The notes under the pieces were generated by a model. The model was not told the DNA's origin and ran no database searches. It worked only from the letters and a program-made list of their open reading frames with translations. Shown piece after piece: positions 20,336 to 28,597 of a stretch of 64,000 nt of DNA (position 1 is its first letter; each line of letters opens with the position of its first letter). Position numbers and translations under genes: made by a program. This DNA comes from Candidatus Levyibacteriota bacterium. Lineage in GTDB: Bacteria > Patescibacteriota > Microgenomatia > Levybacterales > GWA1-39-11. Where the stretch lies: positions 160,774 to 224,773 of the forward strand of contig JAGORM010000001.1 in assembly GCA_018062815.1 (NCBI GenBank). Direction: 5' to 3'.

Positions 20336-21403
20336 GTGCGAAAGATATTTGTATTTTTTATTATATTAATCTGTTTTATTGCCATATTTATATTTTATAA
20401 ATCATCACCCCAAGAGCAAACAATTCAACCATCTCAAAAGATAAAAATTGTAAAAACAGAAACTAAAACATCACCTAAAGAAGATTATTTATTTGTTCCC
20501 TACTGGACTATAAATGAAGATATATCATCAAATGAGATGACATTGGTATATTTTGGGGTTATGGGAGGGAAAAATGGAATTGAAAAAAATGAGGAAGGAT
20601 ATAAAAATTTATCTGTATTTGAGAAAAACAAGAATGCAAAAAATACAATATTAGTTTTGAGAATGTTAAATACAGACACCAATCTAGACATATTAAAAGA
20701 TAAAAATATTCAGCAAAAAATTATTGCCGAGACAATATTTCTTGCAAAAAAACATAATTTTTCAGGAATCGTACTGGACTTTGAAACGCAAGGTTTGCCA
20801 TTCAAAACATTACTTGAGAGCATTACGTCAATGCACGCACTTTTTGCAAAACAAACACGTCTATCTGGTCTATCATTTGCTACGCTTTTATTTGGAGACA
20901 CCTTTTATAGAGTACGACCTTATGATGTAGAAAAAATCGCGGATGTGGTAGATCGTGTATATATAATGGCTTACGACTTCAGTAAGGCAAGAGGTGATCC
21001 GGGTCCCAATTTTCCATTGAATGGAAAGGATATATATGGTTATGATTTTAAGACAATGGTTCAGGATTTTTTACATGTTGTGCCTGAACATAAGATCACA
21101 GTTATTTTTGGTATGTTTGGGTATGATTGGAAGATTGATGAGAAAGGAAGGGGTCGTGAAAATGCAGTTTCTAAGAGTACGATCGCTTTTGAAAAATTTA
21201 TGTTAACCTGTGAGGTTGTAAACGCATGTAATGTAATAACGGACAGTAATAAGTCTGGGGAAACTAACATAACGTATGTTTCAGGGGAGAATGAAGATCA
21301 TGTAATTTGGTTTGAGAATTCTGAATCTGTTCTAAGAAAAAAATCATATCTTACTGATTTGGGGTTACAATCAGTTGGCTACTGGGCGTACTCATATTAT
21401 TAA
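20336..21403 (+). CDS. Membrane-anchored glycoside hydrolase family 18-like protein.
   Basis: GTG start. N-terminal TM. YW...GIVLDFE (DxDxE-like catalytic motif), MAYDF, and a C-terminal GYWAYSYY resemble GH18 signatures. Confidence 0.55.
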   Translation: MRKIFVFFIILICFIAIFIFYKSSPQEQTIQPSQKIKIVKTETKTSPKEDYLFVPYWTINEDISSNEMTLVYFGVMGGKNGIEKNEEGYKNLSVFEKNKNAKNTILVLRMLNTDTNLDILKDKNIQQKIIAETIFLAKKHNFSGIVLDFETQGLPFKTLLESITSMHALFAKQTRLSGLSFATLLFGDTFYRVRPYDVEKIADVVDRVYIMAYDFSKARGDPGPNFPLNGKDIYGYDFKTMVQDFLHVVPEHKITVIFGMFGYDWKIDEKGRGRENAVSKSTIAFEKFMLTCEVVNACNVITDSNKSGETNITYVSGENEDHVIWFENSESVLRKKSYLTDLGLQSVGYWAYSYY

Positions 21404-21974
21404 ATTCTTCTTTGCAATAGATTGTTAAGGGGATGGTTTTTGCCAACAGAGAATAAGAATTTTTTTGAGATCCGGTAGAGCTTTTATTTAAAAAACGTAT
21501 AGTATGAGTTTCGGCAGAAAGGGGTGAGTTTATGGTAAAAGCAATCATTGCAACTTTGCTATTTCCCCTTTTTTCAGTACTTTGTGCCTTTAGCTCCAGA
21601 GCAAGCGATGCTCTTCCATATTGTTCGCGTGTTTCCTCAAGCAAGATTGAATAATCGGTACTTTCTCCAAAGAAATTTGGCAGATAAGGGGTAAGTCTTA
21701 CGTTATAAATTACCTCAGGATTATATGACAATTCAATTTGTGCGCTATTAAGGTAGTTACTCTCAGATGAAAGGTAAATAGGGATTTCAAAAGAGGAGTT
21801 ATTGCATGAAGAAGTGATAGTATTTGGGTTAAAATAAAACACAGAAGATGGAGAGTTGAAAACAGATTCTTTCTTTTGCGTTATTGAGTTGAAGGGTGAT
21901 ACATAGGAGAGTAAAAAAAACGTAAGCGTGAGGACAAATAAAGTGATTCCTAAGACGATGACATATTTACTCAT
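21351..21974 (-). CDS. Small anchored/secreted protein with a cohesin-like domain.
   Basis: N-terminal hydrophobic anchor. FEIPIYLSS...AQIELSYNPEVIYNV...VAMIAFTINS aligns with the cohesin hallmark (VRIPVRFSG...CDFVYSYDPNVLEI...GVFATIVAKV). Confidence 0.5.
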   Translation of the reverse strand: MSKYVIVLGITLFVLTLTFFLLSYVSPFNSITQKKESVFNSPSSVFYFNPNTITSSCNNSSFEIPIYLSSESNYLNSAQIELSYNPEVIYNVRLTPYLPNFFGESTDYSILLEETREQYGRASLALELKAQSTEKRGNSKVAMIAFTINSPLSAETHTIRFLNKSSTGSQKNSYSLLAKTIPLTIYCKEEFNNMSTPSSQLIVTPNQ

Positions 21975-21977
21975 GAG

Positions 21978-24479
21978 TTAATCCCCGCCTCTTTCTCTAA
22001 GTTGTCTTAAGAAAATGTTAAGATCTTTCTCGTCTGCTACTCCGTCATCATCAAAGTCTGCAATTGTATCATTGCAGTTATTGTTAATTGCACAATAAAC
22101 TGAGATGTTGTAGTCAAGAATATCAAGTATTTCGTCTTGTGTTAGGTCTCCAACAATTAGTGTTGTAGTTGGAAGAATTACATTGTTACCACTATCTTTT
22201 ATTGTATAAAAACCAGGAATGGATTTTTTAAGCGTAGGAGACCCATCGGCAAAATTCACTTTTAATTGATATGTACCAGGAGGGGTATTTAATATTGGCA
22301 TGTCTCCTATGAATACACCATTTGTGTACGTGACAGGAGTTGTTGTTCGTGAGATAACTTCCCCGTTCTTATCAATAAACTCAATATTTGCGGTTCTTGT
22401 TTTATTAATTGGATTTGTATTTCCCCCTGATCCTATTCCCGGTTGAATAATAGATATTTTTATTGTTCCTCTGGATGAGGATAATGTAGGTGTAGGATTT
22501 GAGGGGGAAGGGGTACTCACTGCAGGCGTGGTTGCAGGTATAGTTGGGGTTGGATTTTGTGGTTGATTTGTTGGAGTTGGGACAGCTGTTGTAACAGTCG
22601 GGGTTGGGTTTTGGTTGTCAGGCGCTAGGGAGTTTACCGCGCGCGCAAGATTTAATCTTGGTCCAATAGGTCTATCAGTTGAGATAACGTCAGCGTTTGA
22701 AACTAATATATTTTTTATCTCATCTGGGGACAGATTTGGATTAATGGATAAGAGCAGTCCTGCAGCTCCTGCCACGTGAGGAGTAGCCATAGATGTACCA
22801 TTAAGGCTTTTATATTGATTTTGTGGCCAAGTAGAAATAATTGATACGCCAGGAGCGCTTATATTAACAATAGAACCATAGTTTGAGAATGATGCCCGTT
22901 GGTCAGATTCAGTAGTTGCGCCAACTACAAATGTACCATTGCAATTTGCAGGAGAACTTGTAGAAGCATCAACTGGTATTCCTCCAGAGACTCCATTTCC
23001 CGCTGCAACTAGAACGCTTACATTAGCATTTTTTGCGTAGTCAACTGCTTCTTGAAATATACCACAAGGAGAATATCCACCGAGACTCATGTTGATAACT
23101 TTAGCTCCATTATCTACTGCATAATGAATTGCTTGAATAATGATAGAGTCATCTCCCTGACATTCTCCGTTGTATTGTCCCATTGCTTTAATTGCCAATA
23201 CCTTTACATTCCAATTTACCCCTACCACTCCAATACTGTTATTGGTTAATGCACCAATTGTACCGGCAACATGTGTTCCGTGTCCGCAATCATCCTGTGA
23301 GTTGTTTGTTCCGTTGAAAAAATTATATCCATTCTCAATATGTCCGATTAAGTCTTCGTGGCTAGAATCTACTCCAGAATCAATAACTGCAACCTTAACA
23401 TTATTATTCCCCTTTGCTTTATTCCAGGCGGTAGGTCCTTGAATTTTTTCCATTCCCCACATTTGTGAAAAGTATGGGTCATTTGGGATTTCTGTTGCTT
23501 GTTTGATTCCATTTTCAACCACAATCTCTACTGTGGGGAGTTTTTTATATTCATCTATCGCTTCCTGTATAGATGAACCGTTGTTTAATGTTATTACTTG
23601 CGCATTTTCTAGGGGCGTTTCATATTTTGTATTTTCAAGTAAGTTTTTTTCTTGAATAAAGCCAATTTTTTCTTTGGTTTCGGCATATAACTCCTGTAAT
23701 ACCATTGGATTTGGGGTTCTTGATACAGAATTTGCCGCATCTATAGCTGCTATCCTTGCCTTCCCAATTATGGGCTGAGAGGCAATTCTTTCTCTTTCTT
23801 GAAGATTTTCTGTCACATCAGTAGGTGTGGTGCCTTGTTTATACTGTACGATTATCTGTTGTTTCGAGCGTTCTATTGGGTTTTCCTCCATAGACTGAAT
23901 GGTTTGAGTTGTCTTAATAGAGTTTGGTGCTGCGTTTTTAACCTGCGGCAGAGCAAGGAATAATTTAATTGCTTTTTTTATGTCAGATCCTGGTCGTAAG
24001 GTTACAAGGTTAGTTGCTGATTGATTTATTTTTGTTGCGTATAAACTTTTTTGAGATATGACACCAGATTCATTTTCAACTTTTGCTATCTGCTGTAATT
24101 GATTAGTGTAGAAAGAGGTCCCTGGTATTTTTCCTGATAATTCCATGAAGAACATTTTAGTTTTATTTATAATTCCTTGAGATTTTTGTTTTCGTTCATT
24201 TAGGTTGGCCTCCAGTTGTAGGGGGGAAAGTCCCGGTTGGTACACAACTATAATTTGAGAAGAGACATTCTTTATTTGATTTGAGGCTATAGAATTTGAT
24301 GCAGCGTAGGAAAACGCATGTATAGAGCTTAATAAAATGAAAAGTATGAGTAAGATAAGACCATTTTTTAACACATATATATAGTAGCCTGCAAGAAAAA
24401 ACTTCGCAATAGGAAAAGCATACAATACTCTTTGTTTTTTAATTTCCCCCTTGACGAGTTTTGAAAGATGTAGTATCAT
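21978..24479 (-). CDS. Subtilisin-like serine protease (S8) with tandem propeptide domains, a Pro/Thr-rich linker and a C-terminal dockerin-like module.
   Basis: Catalytic triad motifs VAVIDSGVD / HGTHVAGTI / GTSMATPHVAG. Two I9-like repeats (QIIVVYQPG.., QIIVQYKQG..). PTPT-rich linker. C-terminal GDLTQDEILDILDY and DFDDDGVADEKDLNIFLRQL Ca-loop-like pair. Confidence 0.85.
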   Translation of the reverse strand: MILHLSKLVKGEIKKQRVLYAFPIAKFFLAGYYIYVLKNGLILLILFILLSSIHAFSYAASNSIASNQIKNVSSQIIVVYQPGLSPLQLEANLNERKQKSQGIINKTKMFFMELSGKIPGTSFYTNQLQQIAKVENESGVISQKSLYATKINQSATNLVTLRPGSDIKKAIKLFLALPQVKNAAPNSIKTTQTIQSMEENPIERSKQQIIVQYKQGTTPTDVTENLQERERIASQPIIGKARIAAIDAANSVSRTPNPMVLQELYAETKEKIGFIQEKNLLENTKYETPLENAQVITLNNGSSIQEAIDEYKKLPTVEIVVENGIKQATEIPNDPYFSQMWGMEKIQGPTAWNKAKGNNNVKVAVIDSGVDSSHEDLIGHIENGYNFFNGTNNSQDDCGHGTHVAGTIGALTNNSIGVVGVNWNVKVLAIKAMGQYNGECQGDDSIIIQAIHYAVDNGAKVINMSLGGYSPCGIFQEAVDYAKNANVSVLVAAGNGVSGGIPVDASTSSPANCNGTFVVGATTESDQRASFSNYGSIVNISAPGVSIISTWPQNQYKSLNGTSMATPHVAGAAGLLLSINPNLSPDEIKNILVSNADVISTDRPIGPRLNLARAVNSLAPDNQNPTPTVTTAVPTPTNQPQNPTPTIPATTPAVSTPSPSNPTPTLSSSRGTIKISIIQPGIGSGGNTNPINKTRTANIEFIDKNGEVISRTTTPVTYTNGVFIGDMPILNTPPGTYQLKVNFADGSPTLKKSIPGFYTIKDSGNNVILPTTTLIVGDLTQDEILDILDYNISVYCAINNNCNDTIADFDDDGVADEKDLNIFLRQLRERGGD
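24451..24479 (+). promoter_or_regulatory. Putative tuf promoter (TTGACG-17-TATCAT).
   Basis: -35 at 24451-56, a 17-nt spacer, -10 at 24474-79. It overlaps the start codon of the divergent subtilase gene. Confidence 0.4.
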
Positions 24480-24486
24480 TCTTTAT

Positions 24487-24510
24487 ACACCTTTAAAAAG
24501 GTGTTTTCTT
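24487..24510 (+). terminator. Hairpin plus U-tract (ACACCTTT..AAAGGTGT then TTTCTTTT) at the predicted +1 of the tuf leader.
   Basis: 8-bp inverted repeat followed by a T-rich run, ~90 nt upstream of the tuf ATG. Confidence 0.4.
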
Positions 24511-24598
24511 TTACTCAGGACAATAAATCCTTAATAAGGAAAGGCTTTCAAGCTAAATTCTAAAAAAACTGAGCAGAACGGAAAGGAATATTTAAAAA

Positions 24599-25777
24599 AT
24601 GGCAACATTTCAAAGAAACAAACCACACGTTAATATAGGAACTATCGGTCACGTTGACCATGGTAAAACCACTTTAACAGCAGCTATCACTACCGTTCTT
24701 GCAAAAAAAGGAATGGCAGAAGCTAGGAAATATGAAGATATAGACAATGCCCCAGAAGAACGAGCTCGTGGAGTTACGATTAACATTTCCCATCAAGAAT
24801 ACGAAACTGAAAAGAGACATTACGCACATATTGATGCTCCAGGACACGCAGATTACATTAAAAACATGATTACAGGAGCTGCACAAATGGATGGAGCAAT
24901 TTTAGTTGTTTCAGCAGCTGATGGTCCAATGCCTCAGACACGTGAACATATACTTCTTGCACGCCAGGTTGGAGTGCCAGCACTTGTTGTTTTCCTTAAC
25001 AAAGTAGATATGGTACAAGATCCAGAGCTCATTGATTTAGTTGAGATGGAAGTACGTGAACTTCTTTCAAAGTACCAATATCCAGGAGATGAAATTCCTA
25101 TGGTTAAAGGATCAGCTCTTAAAGCAACTCAGGGAGATGCTGAAGCTGAAGCTCAGATAATGGAATTAATGGCAAAGGTTGATGAGTATATTCCTACTCC
25201 AGAAAGACCAACAGATAAACCATTATTAATGCCTGTTGAAGACGTTTTCTCAATAAAAGGACGCGGAACAGTTGTTACTGGACGTATTGAGCGCGGAATA
25301 GTAAAAATTAATGACACAGTTGCAATTATAGGTATAAAGCCTACAAAAGAAGTTGTTGTTACAGGTGTTGAAATGTTTAGAAAACAATTGGATGAGGGGC
25401 AAGCCGGAGATAATGTAGGACTTTTGCTTCGTGGAATTGAAAAACAGGATGTAGAGCGTGGACAGGTTATTGCAAAACCAGGAAGTATTACTCCACACAC
25501 AAAATTTGAAGCTGAGGTATATATTTTGACAAAAGAAGAAGGTGGACGCCATACTCCATTCTTCTCTGGATACAGACCACAATTCTATATTAGAACAACT
25601 GATGTAACTGGTGAAATTAAACTTCAAGAAGGCGTTGAAATGGTTATGCCTGGAGACAACGCTAAGATGACTGCTGAGCTTATAGTGCCTGTAGCTATGG
25701 AAGATGGAATGAGATTTGCAATTCGTGAGGGTGGAAGAACAGTTGGAGCAGGAGTTGTTACCAAAATCTTAGCATAA
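24599..25777 (+). CDS. tuf: Elongation factor Tu.
   Basis: [15 protein letters not shown]. 392 aa. Canonical EF-Tu. Confidence 0.97.
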   Translation: MATFQRNKPHVNIGTIGHVDHGKTTLTAAITTVLAKKGMAEARKYEDIDNAPEERARGVTINISHQEYETEKRHYAHIDAPGHADYIKNMITGAAQMDGAILVVSAADGPMPQTREHILLARQVGVPALVVFLNKVDMVQDPELIDLVEMEVRELLSKYQYPGDEIPMVKGSALKATQGDAEAEAQIMELMAKVDEYIPTPERPTDKPLLMPVEDVFSIKGRGTVVTGRIERGIVKINDTVAIIGIKPTKEVVVTGVEMFRKQLDEGQAGDNVGLLLRGIEKQDVERGQVIAKPGSITPHTKFEAEVYILTKEEGGRHTPFFSGYRPQFYIRTTDVTGEIKLQEGVEMVMPGDNAKMTAELIVPVAMEDGMRFAIREGGRTVGAGVVTKILA

Positions 25778-25797
25778 AGCTTAAGATAATCGCACAT

Positions 25798-25827
25798 TTT
25801 ACATTTAGTCTGAAAGTATGGTAATAT
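25798..25827 (+). promoter_or_regulatory. Putative promoter (TTTACA-18-TAATAT) between tuf and rpsJ.
   Basis: -35 at 25798-803, -10 at 25822-27. Confidence 0.35.
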
Positions 25828-25830
25828 AAA

Positions 25831-25858
25831 CCTCGCTCAAAAGCGGGGTTTTTTTATT
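25831..25858 (+). terminator. Intrinsic terminator or attenuator hairpin (CCTCGCT-caaa-AGCGGGG then TTTTTTTATTTT), 15 nt upstream of rpsJ.
   Basis: 7-bp stem with one G-U pair, followed by a long T-run. Located after the tuf stop and immediately before the rpsJ RBS AAGGAG. Confidence 0.55.
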
Positions 25859-25872
25859 TTTAAGGAGCAAAT

Positions 25873-26181
25873 ATGCCAAAAGGAAGAATAAGAGTTAGAT
25901 TAAAAAGTTATGATCCCAGAATTATTGATTCAACGTGTCAACAAATTTTAGACACTGCAATTCGTACTGGAGCAAAAGTAGTGGGTCCTGTACCACTTCC
26001 TACACAGCGCTCTATGTTTGCTGTTAATAAATCAGCATTTGTTGATAAAAACGCGCAAGAGCACTTTCAAATTAAGACACATAAGCGTCTTATTGACATA
26101 ATGTCTCCAACAGATAACACTATAGAGTCTCTTATTCATTTAGATCTTCCAGCAGGTGTGGATGTAGAAATTAAAATGTAG
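25873..26181 (+). CDS. rpsJ: 30S ribosomal protein S10.
   Basis: [14 protein letters not shown]... canonical S10. Confidence 0.95.
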   Translation: MPKGRIRVRLKSYDPRIIDSTCQQILDTAIRTGAKVVGPVPLPTQRSMFAVNKSAFVDKNAQEHFQIKTHKRLIDIMSPTDNTIESLIHLDLPAGVDVEIKM

Positions 26182-26182
26182 T

Positions 26183-26320
26183 ATGTCTTTTTTAGAAAGA
26201 GTACCTAATCCATTTAAGAAATCAAATTCCCCTTTGCCTGACAGATTTTCTTCAAGAGAGATAAAAAAGGTTTTAAAAACCGGGGCTCCTCAGGAGATTA
26301 ATCAACTTTGGCTCGATTAA
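26183..26320 (+). CDS. Possible 45-aa small ORF directly abutting the rpsJ stop.
   Basis: ATG 1 nt after the rpsJ stop codon. MSFLERVPNPFKKSNSPLPDRFSSREIKKVLKTGAPQEINQLWLD. No RBS and no recognisable homology. Could be non-coding. Confidence 0.2.
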   Translation: MSFLERVPNPFKKSNSPLPDRFSSREIKKVLKTGAPQEINQLWLD

Positions 26321-26415
26321 TATAAAGCTAAGTTAGTCGCTGAAATAAATCACTTAACAAATTTTCAAATAATTAGGTCGATATCTCTAGCGCAGGGATT
26401 AGCCTCCTTGTGTGC

Positions 26416-26444
26416 TTGCATTTCGCTTATAACTTCTATATAAT
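26416..26444 (+). promoter_or_regulatory. Near-consensus sigma70 promoter (TTGCAT-17-TATAAT) for the rplC-led operon.
   Basis: TTGCAT at 26416-21, a 17-nt spacer, and a perfect TATAAT at 26439-44, ~120 nt upstream of rplC. Confidence 0.55.
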
Positions 26445-26523
26445 AACTTTTACTCATGTTTAGGCTTACAACCGAGACTGAATGGAATACTACATAAGAG
26501 CTTAGCTGCATTTTTTGCGTATG

Positions 26524-26550
26524 AAGCGACTTTATGTAGTCGCTTTTTTT
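26524..26550 (+). terminator. Strong hairpin plus U-tract (AAGCGACT-ttatgt-AGTCGCTT then TTTTTTT) in the rplC leader. Candidate attenuator.
   Basis: Perfect 8-bp stem, 6-nt loop and a 7-T run ending 14 nt before the rplC ATG. Confidence 0.6.
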
Positions 26551-26564
26551 GTGTTTAAGAAGAT

Positions 26565-27446
26565 ATGTCTTTACAAGCAATTATAGGAAAAAAATTAGAT
26601 CAAACGCAGGCGTTTTTGGAAGACGGAAGAAGAATTCCTCTTTCATTGATTTCTGTGTCTGGAAATGTTATTGCACAAGTTAAGACATTGGAAAAAGACA
26701 AATATACATCTGTACAGCTTGGATTCGGAGATAAAAAGAAGGTAAACAAGGCAACTGCGGGACATATAAAAAAAGCGGGAATTACAAAAACACCCCGCTT
26801 TTTTCGTGAAGTAAGAGTTGAAGATATCGCAGGATATGAAGTTGGAAAAGTTGTGAATGTTGAGGACATACTTGAGCTTGGAGACGTTATAGATGTTACA
26901 GGAACATCAAAAGGAAAAGGATATGCGGGGGTAGTTAAGAAACACGGATTTAAAGGCGGACCAAGAACTCATGGACAGTCTGATCGTGAACGTGCCCCGG
27001 GTTCAAGCGGTCAAACAACAACGCCTGGACGTGTTTATAAGGGAAAGAGAATGTCTGGACGTATGGGAAATGAACGTGTAACTATTAAAAATCTGACAGT
27101 TGTTGATATCAAAGATGGAATAATTTATGTTCGTGGTTTAGTTCCAGGAGTAAAGGGTTCATTGGTAATGATTTCAAAGGTGAAAGAAGACAAGAGAAGT
27201 CGTGCAACAAAGAAGAAATTTATTCCTCTGTTCACAATCAAAGAAGAAATTATTGAAGAAAAAGCCGTAGAGCCTGTTGCAATAGAAACAGTAGAAGTTG
27301 ATTCACTTCCGGAAGAGCCGTTGAAAGCAGTTGAAGAACAGATAGAAGAAATAGCTGAACCTACTGAAACAACAAAAGAAGAAGATTTAAAAGTAGAAAA
27401 TCAAACTAAAGAAGCTGCACCTGAGTTGAAAGAGGAGGGTAAGTAA
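26565..27446 (+). CDS. rplC: 50S ribosomal protein L3 with an ~80-aa acidic C-terminal extension.
   Basis: Canonical L3 core to ~aa 210, then a Glu/Lys-rich tail (…EEIIEEKAVEPVAIETVEVDSLPEEPLKAVEEQIEEIAEP…). Confidence 0.95.
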   Translation: MSLQAIIGKKLDQTQAFLEDGRRIPLSLISVSGNVIAQVKTLEKDKYTSVQLGFGDKKKVNKATAGHIKKAGITKTPRFFREVRVEDIAGYEVGKVVNVEDILELGDVIDVTGTSKGKGYAGVVKKHGFKGGPRTHGQSDRERAPGSSGQTTTPGRVYKGKRMSGRMGNERVTIKNLTVVDIKDGIIYVRGLVPGVKGSLVMISKVKEDKRSRATKKKFIPLFTIKEEIIEEKAVEPVAIETVEVDSLPEEPLKAVEEQIEEIAEPTETTKEEDLKVENQTKEAAPELKEEGK

Positions 27447-27448
27447 TT

Positions 27449-28240
27449 ATGGCTGAAAAAAAGACAAAAAAAGAGGTAAGTGTTACAAAAACCAAATCAC
27501 CTGTTAAGAAAACAGTTGCTAAGCCTGCAAAGGAAATTGGAAAAAGTATTGAAACAGGAAAAAAGAGCACAATTAAAGTTGTTGAGCCAAAGGAAGTCGC
27601 AACTTCCATAAAAGACACATTTTCAGTGGATGTTTATGGGTTGGACGGTAAGGTATCAGGGAAGGTAAATATTCCAACTGAAATCTTTAAAGCAAAAGTA
27701 AACGCTACTTTAATGGCACAGGCAGTAAGGGTATACCTTGCTACACAAAGAAGCGGAACATCTTCAACTAAAACACGATCAGAAGTTTCGGGAACAACTA
27801 AGAAGATGTATAGACAAAAAGGTACAGGACGCGCACGTCATGGAGCCGCAAAGGCACCTATTTTTGTGGGTGGAGGAATTGCTTTTGGTCCACGACCTAA
27901 AAGTTTTGCTCTTACTCTTCCTAAGAAAATGAGAAGAAAGGCGCTTTTTTCTGCCTTAACAAGTAAGTATTCAGAAAATAATCTTAGAGTTTTAGATACA
28001 TCACAGGTATCAGGGAAAACAAAGGAAATGGTAGAAACATTTAAAAATCTTGGGTTAACAAAAAAAGTAACCATTATAGTTACACCTGAAGAAAAACAGG
28101 TTGCCCGAGCAGCAAGAAACATTAAAGGGGTAACGGTTGAGCACGCTGCAAATTTAAATACCTATAGCGTTCTAAATAGTAATACTGTTGTCTTTGCAAA
28201 AGATGCACTCAATGTTTTGCAGAGTACATTCTTAAAATAA
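27449..28240 (+). CDS. rplD: 50S ribosomal protein L4 with an ~55-aa Lys-rich N-terminal extension.
   Basis: L4 core (GTGRARHGA...) preceded by MAEKKTKKEVSVTKTKSPVKKTVAKPAKE... Confidence 0.95.
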   Translation: MAEKKTKKEVSVTKTKSPVKKTVAKPAKEIGKSIETGKKSTIKVVEPKEVATSIKDTFSVDVYGLDGKVSGKVNIPTEIFKAKVNATLMAQAVRVYLATQRSGTSSTKTRSEVSGTTKKMYRQKGTGRARHGAAKAPIFVGGGIAFGPRPKSFALTLPKKMRRKALFSALTSKYSENNLRVLDTSQVSGKTKEMVETFKNLGLTKKVTIIVTPEEKQVARAARNIKGVTVEHAANLNTYSVLNSNTVVFAKDALNVLQSTFLK

Positions 28241-28241
28241 T

Positions 28242-28592
28242 ATGAAAACAATAATTATAAAACCATTAATTACAGAAACATCTATGAAAGATGCAGCTAC
28301 AAACAAGTTTACATTTTCTGTATTCAAAGATGCTACCAAGACAGAAATAAAGAAAGCGGTTGAAAAAACATTTAACGTACATGTTGTAGGGGTTACAACT
28401 GTGAATTTGACAAGGCGAAAAACTATTTTTACAAAATTTGGACGTAAAAAAAGCGTTGAGAACATTAAGAAAGCACGTGTAGAACTTGAGAAGGGACAAA
28501 CAATTCCTGCATTTGAAATTGACGGTAAAAAAGAAGATTCTGCCGTTAAAAAAGAAAAAAAAGTAAAAAGCAAAAAAGAAGAAGGTAAGTAA
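28242..28592 (+). CDS. rplW: 50S ribosomal protein L23 with a Lys-rich C-terminal extension.
   Basis: L23 core, plus a tail ...KKEDSAVKKEKKVKSKKEEGK. Confidence 0.93.
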   Translation: MKTIIIKPLITETSMKDAATNKFTFSVFKDATKTEIKKAVEKTFNVHVVGVTTVNLTRRKTIFTKFGRKKSVENIKKARVELEKGQTIPAFEIDGKKEDSAVKKEKKVKSKKEEGK

Positions 28593-28597
28593 ATATT

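Noticed and set aside
22480-22640. Repetitive NPTPT/PTPT-encoding stretch in the subtilase gene, considered as a possible tandem DNA repeat or CRISPR-like element.
   Set aside because: It is in-frame coding for a Pro/Thr-rich linker. The repeat units are short and imperfect, and there are no spacer-like unique segments.
25153-25627. Two antisense ORFs (115 and 125 aa) inside tuf.
   Set aside because: Embedded antisense to EF-Tu. Low-complexity Cys/Ser-rich translation. Spurious.
26365-26580. 71-aa minus-strand ORF in the rpsJ-rplC spacer.
   Set aside because: It runs across the predicted promoter and terminator hairpin, with no RBS and low-complexity sequence. The region is better explained as a + strand leader.
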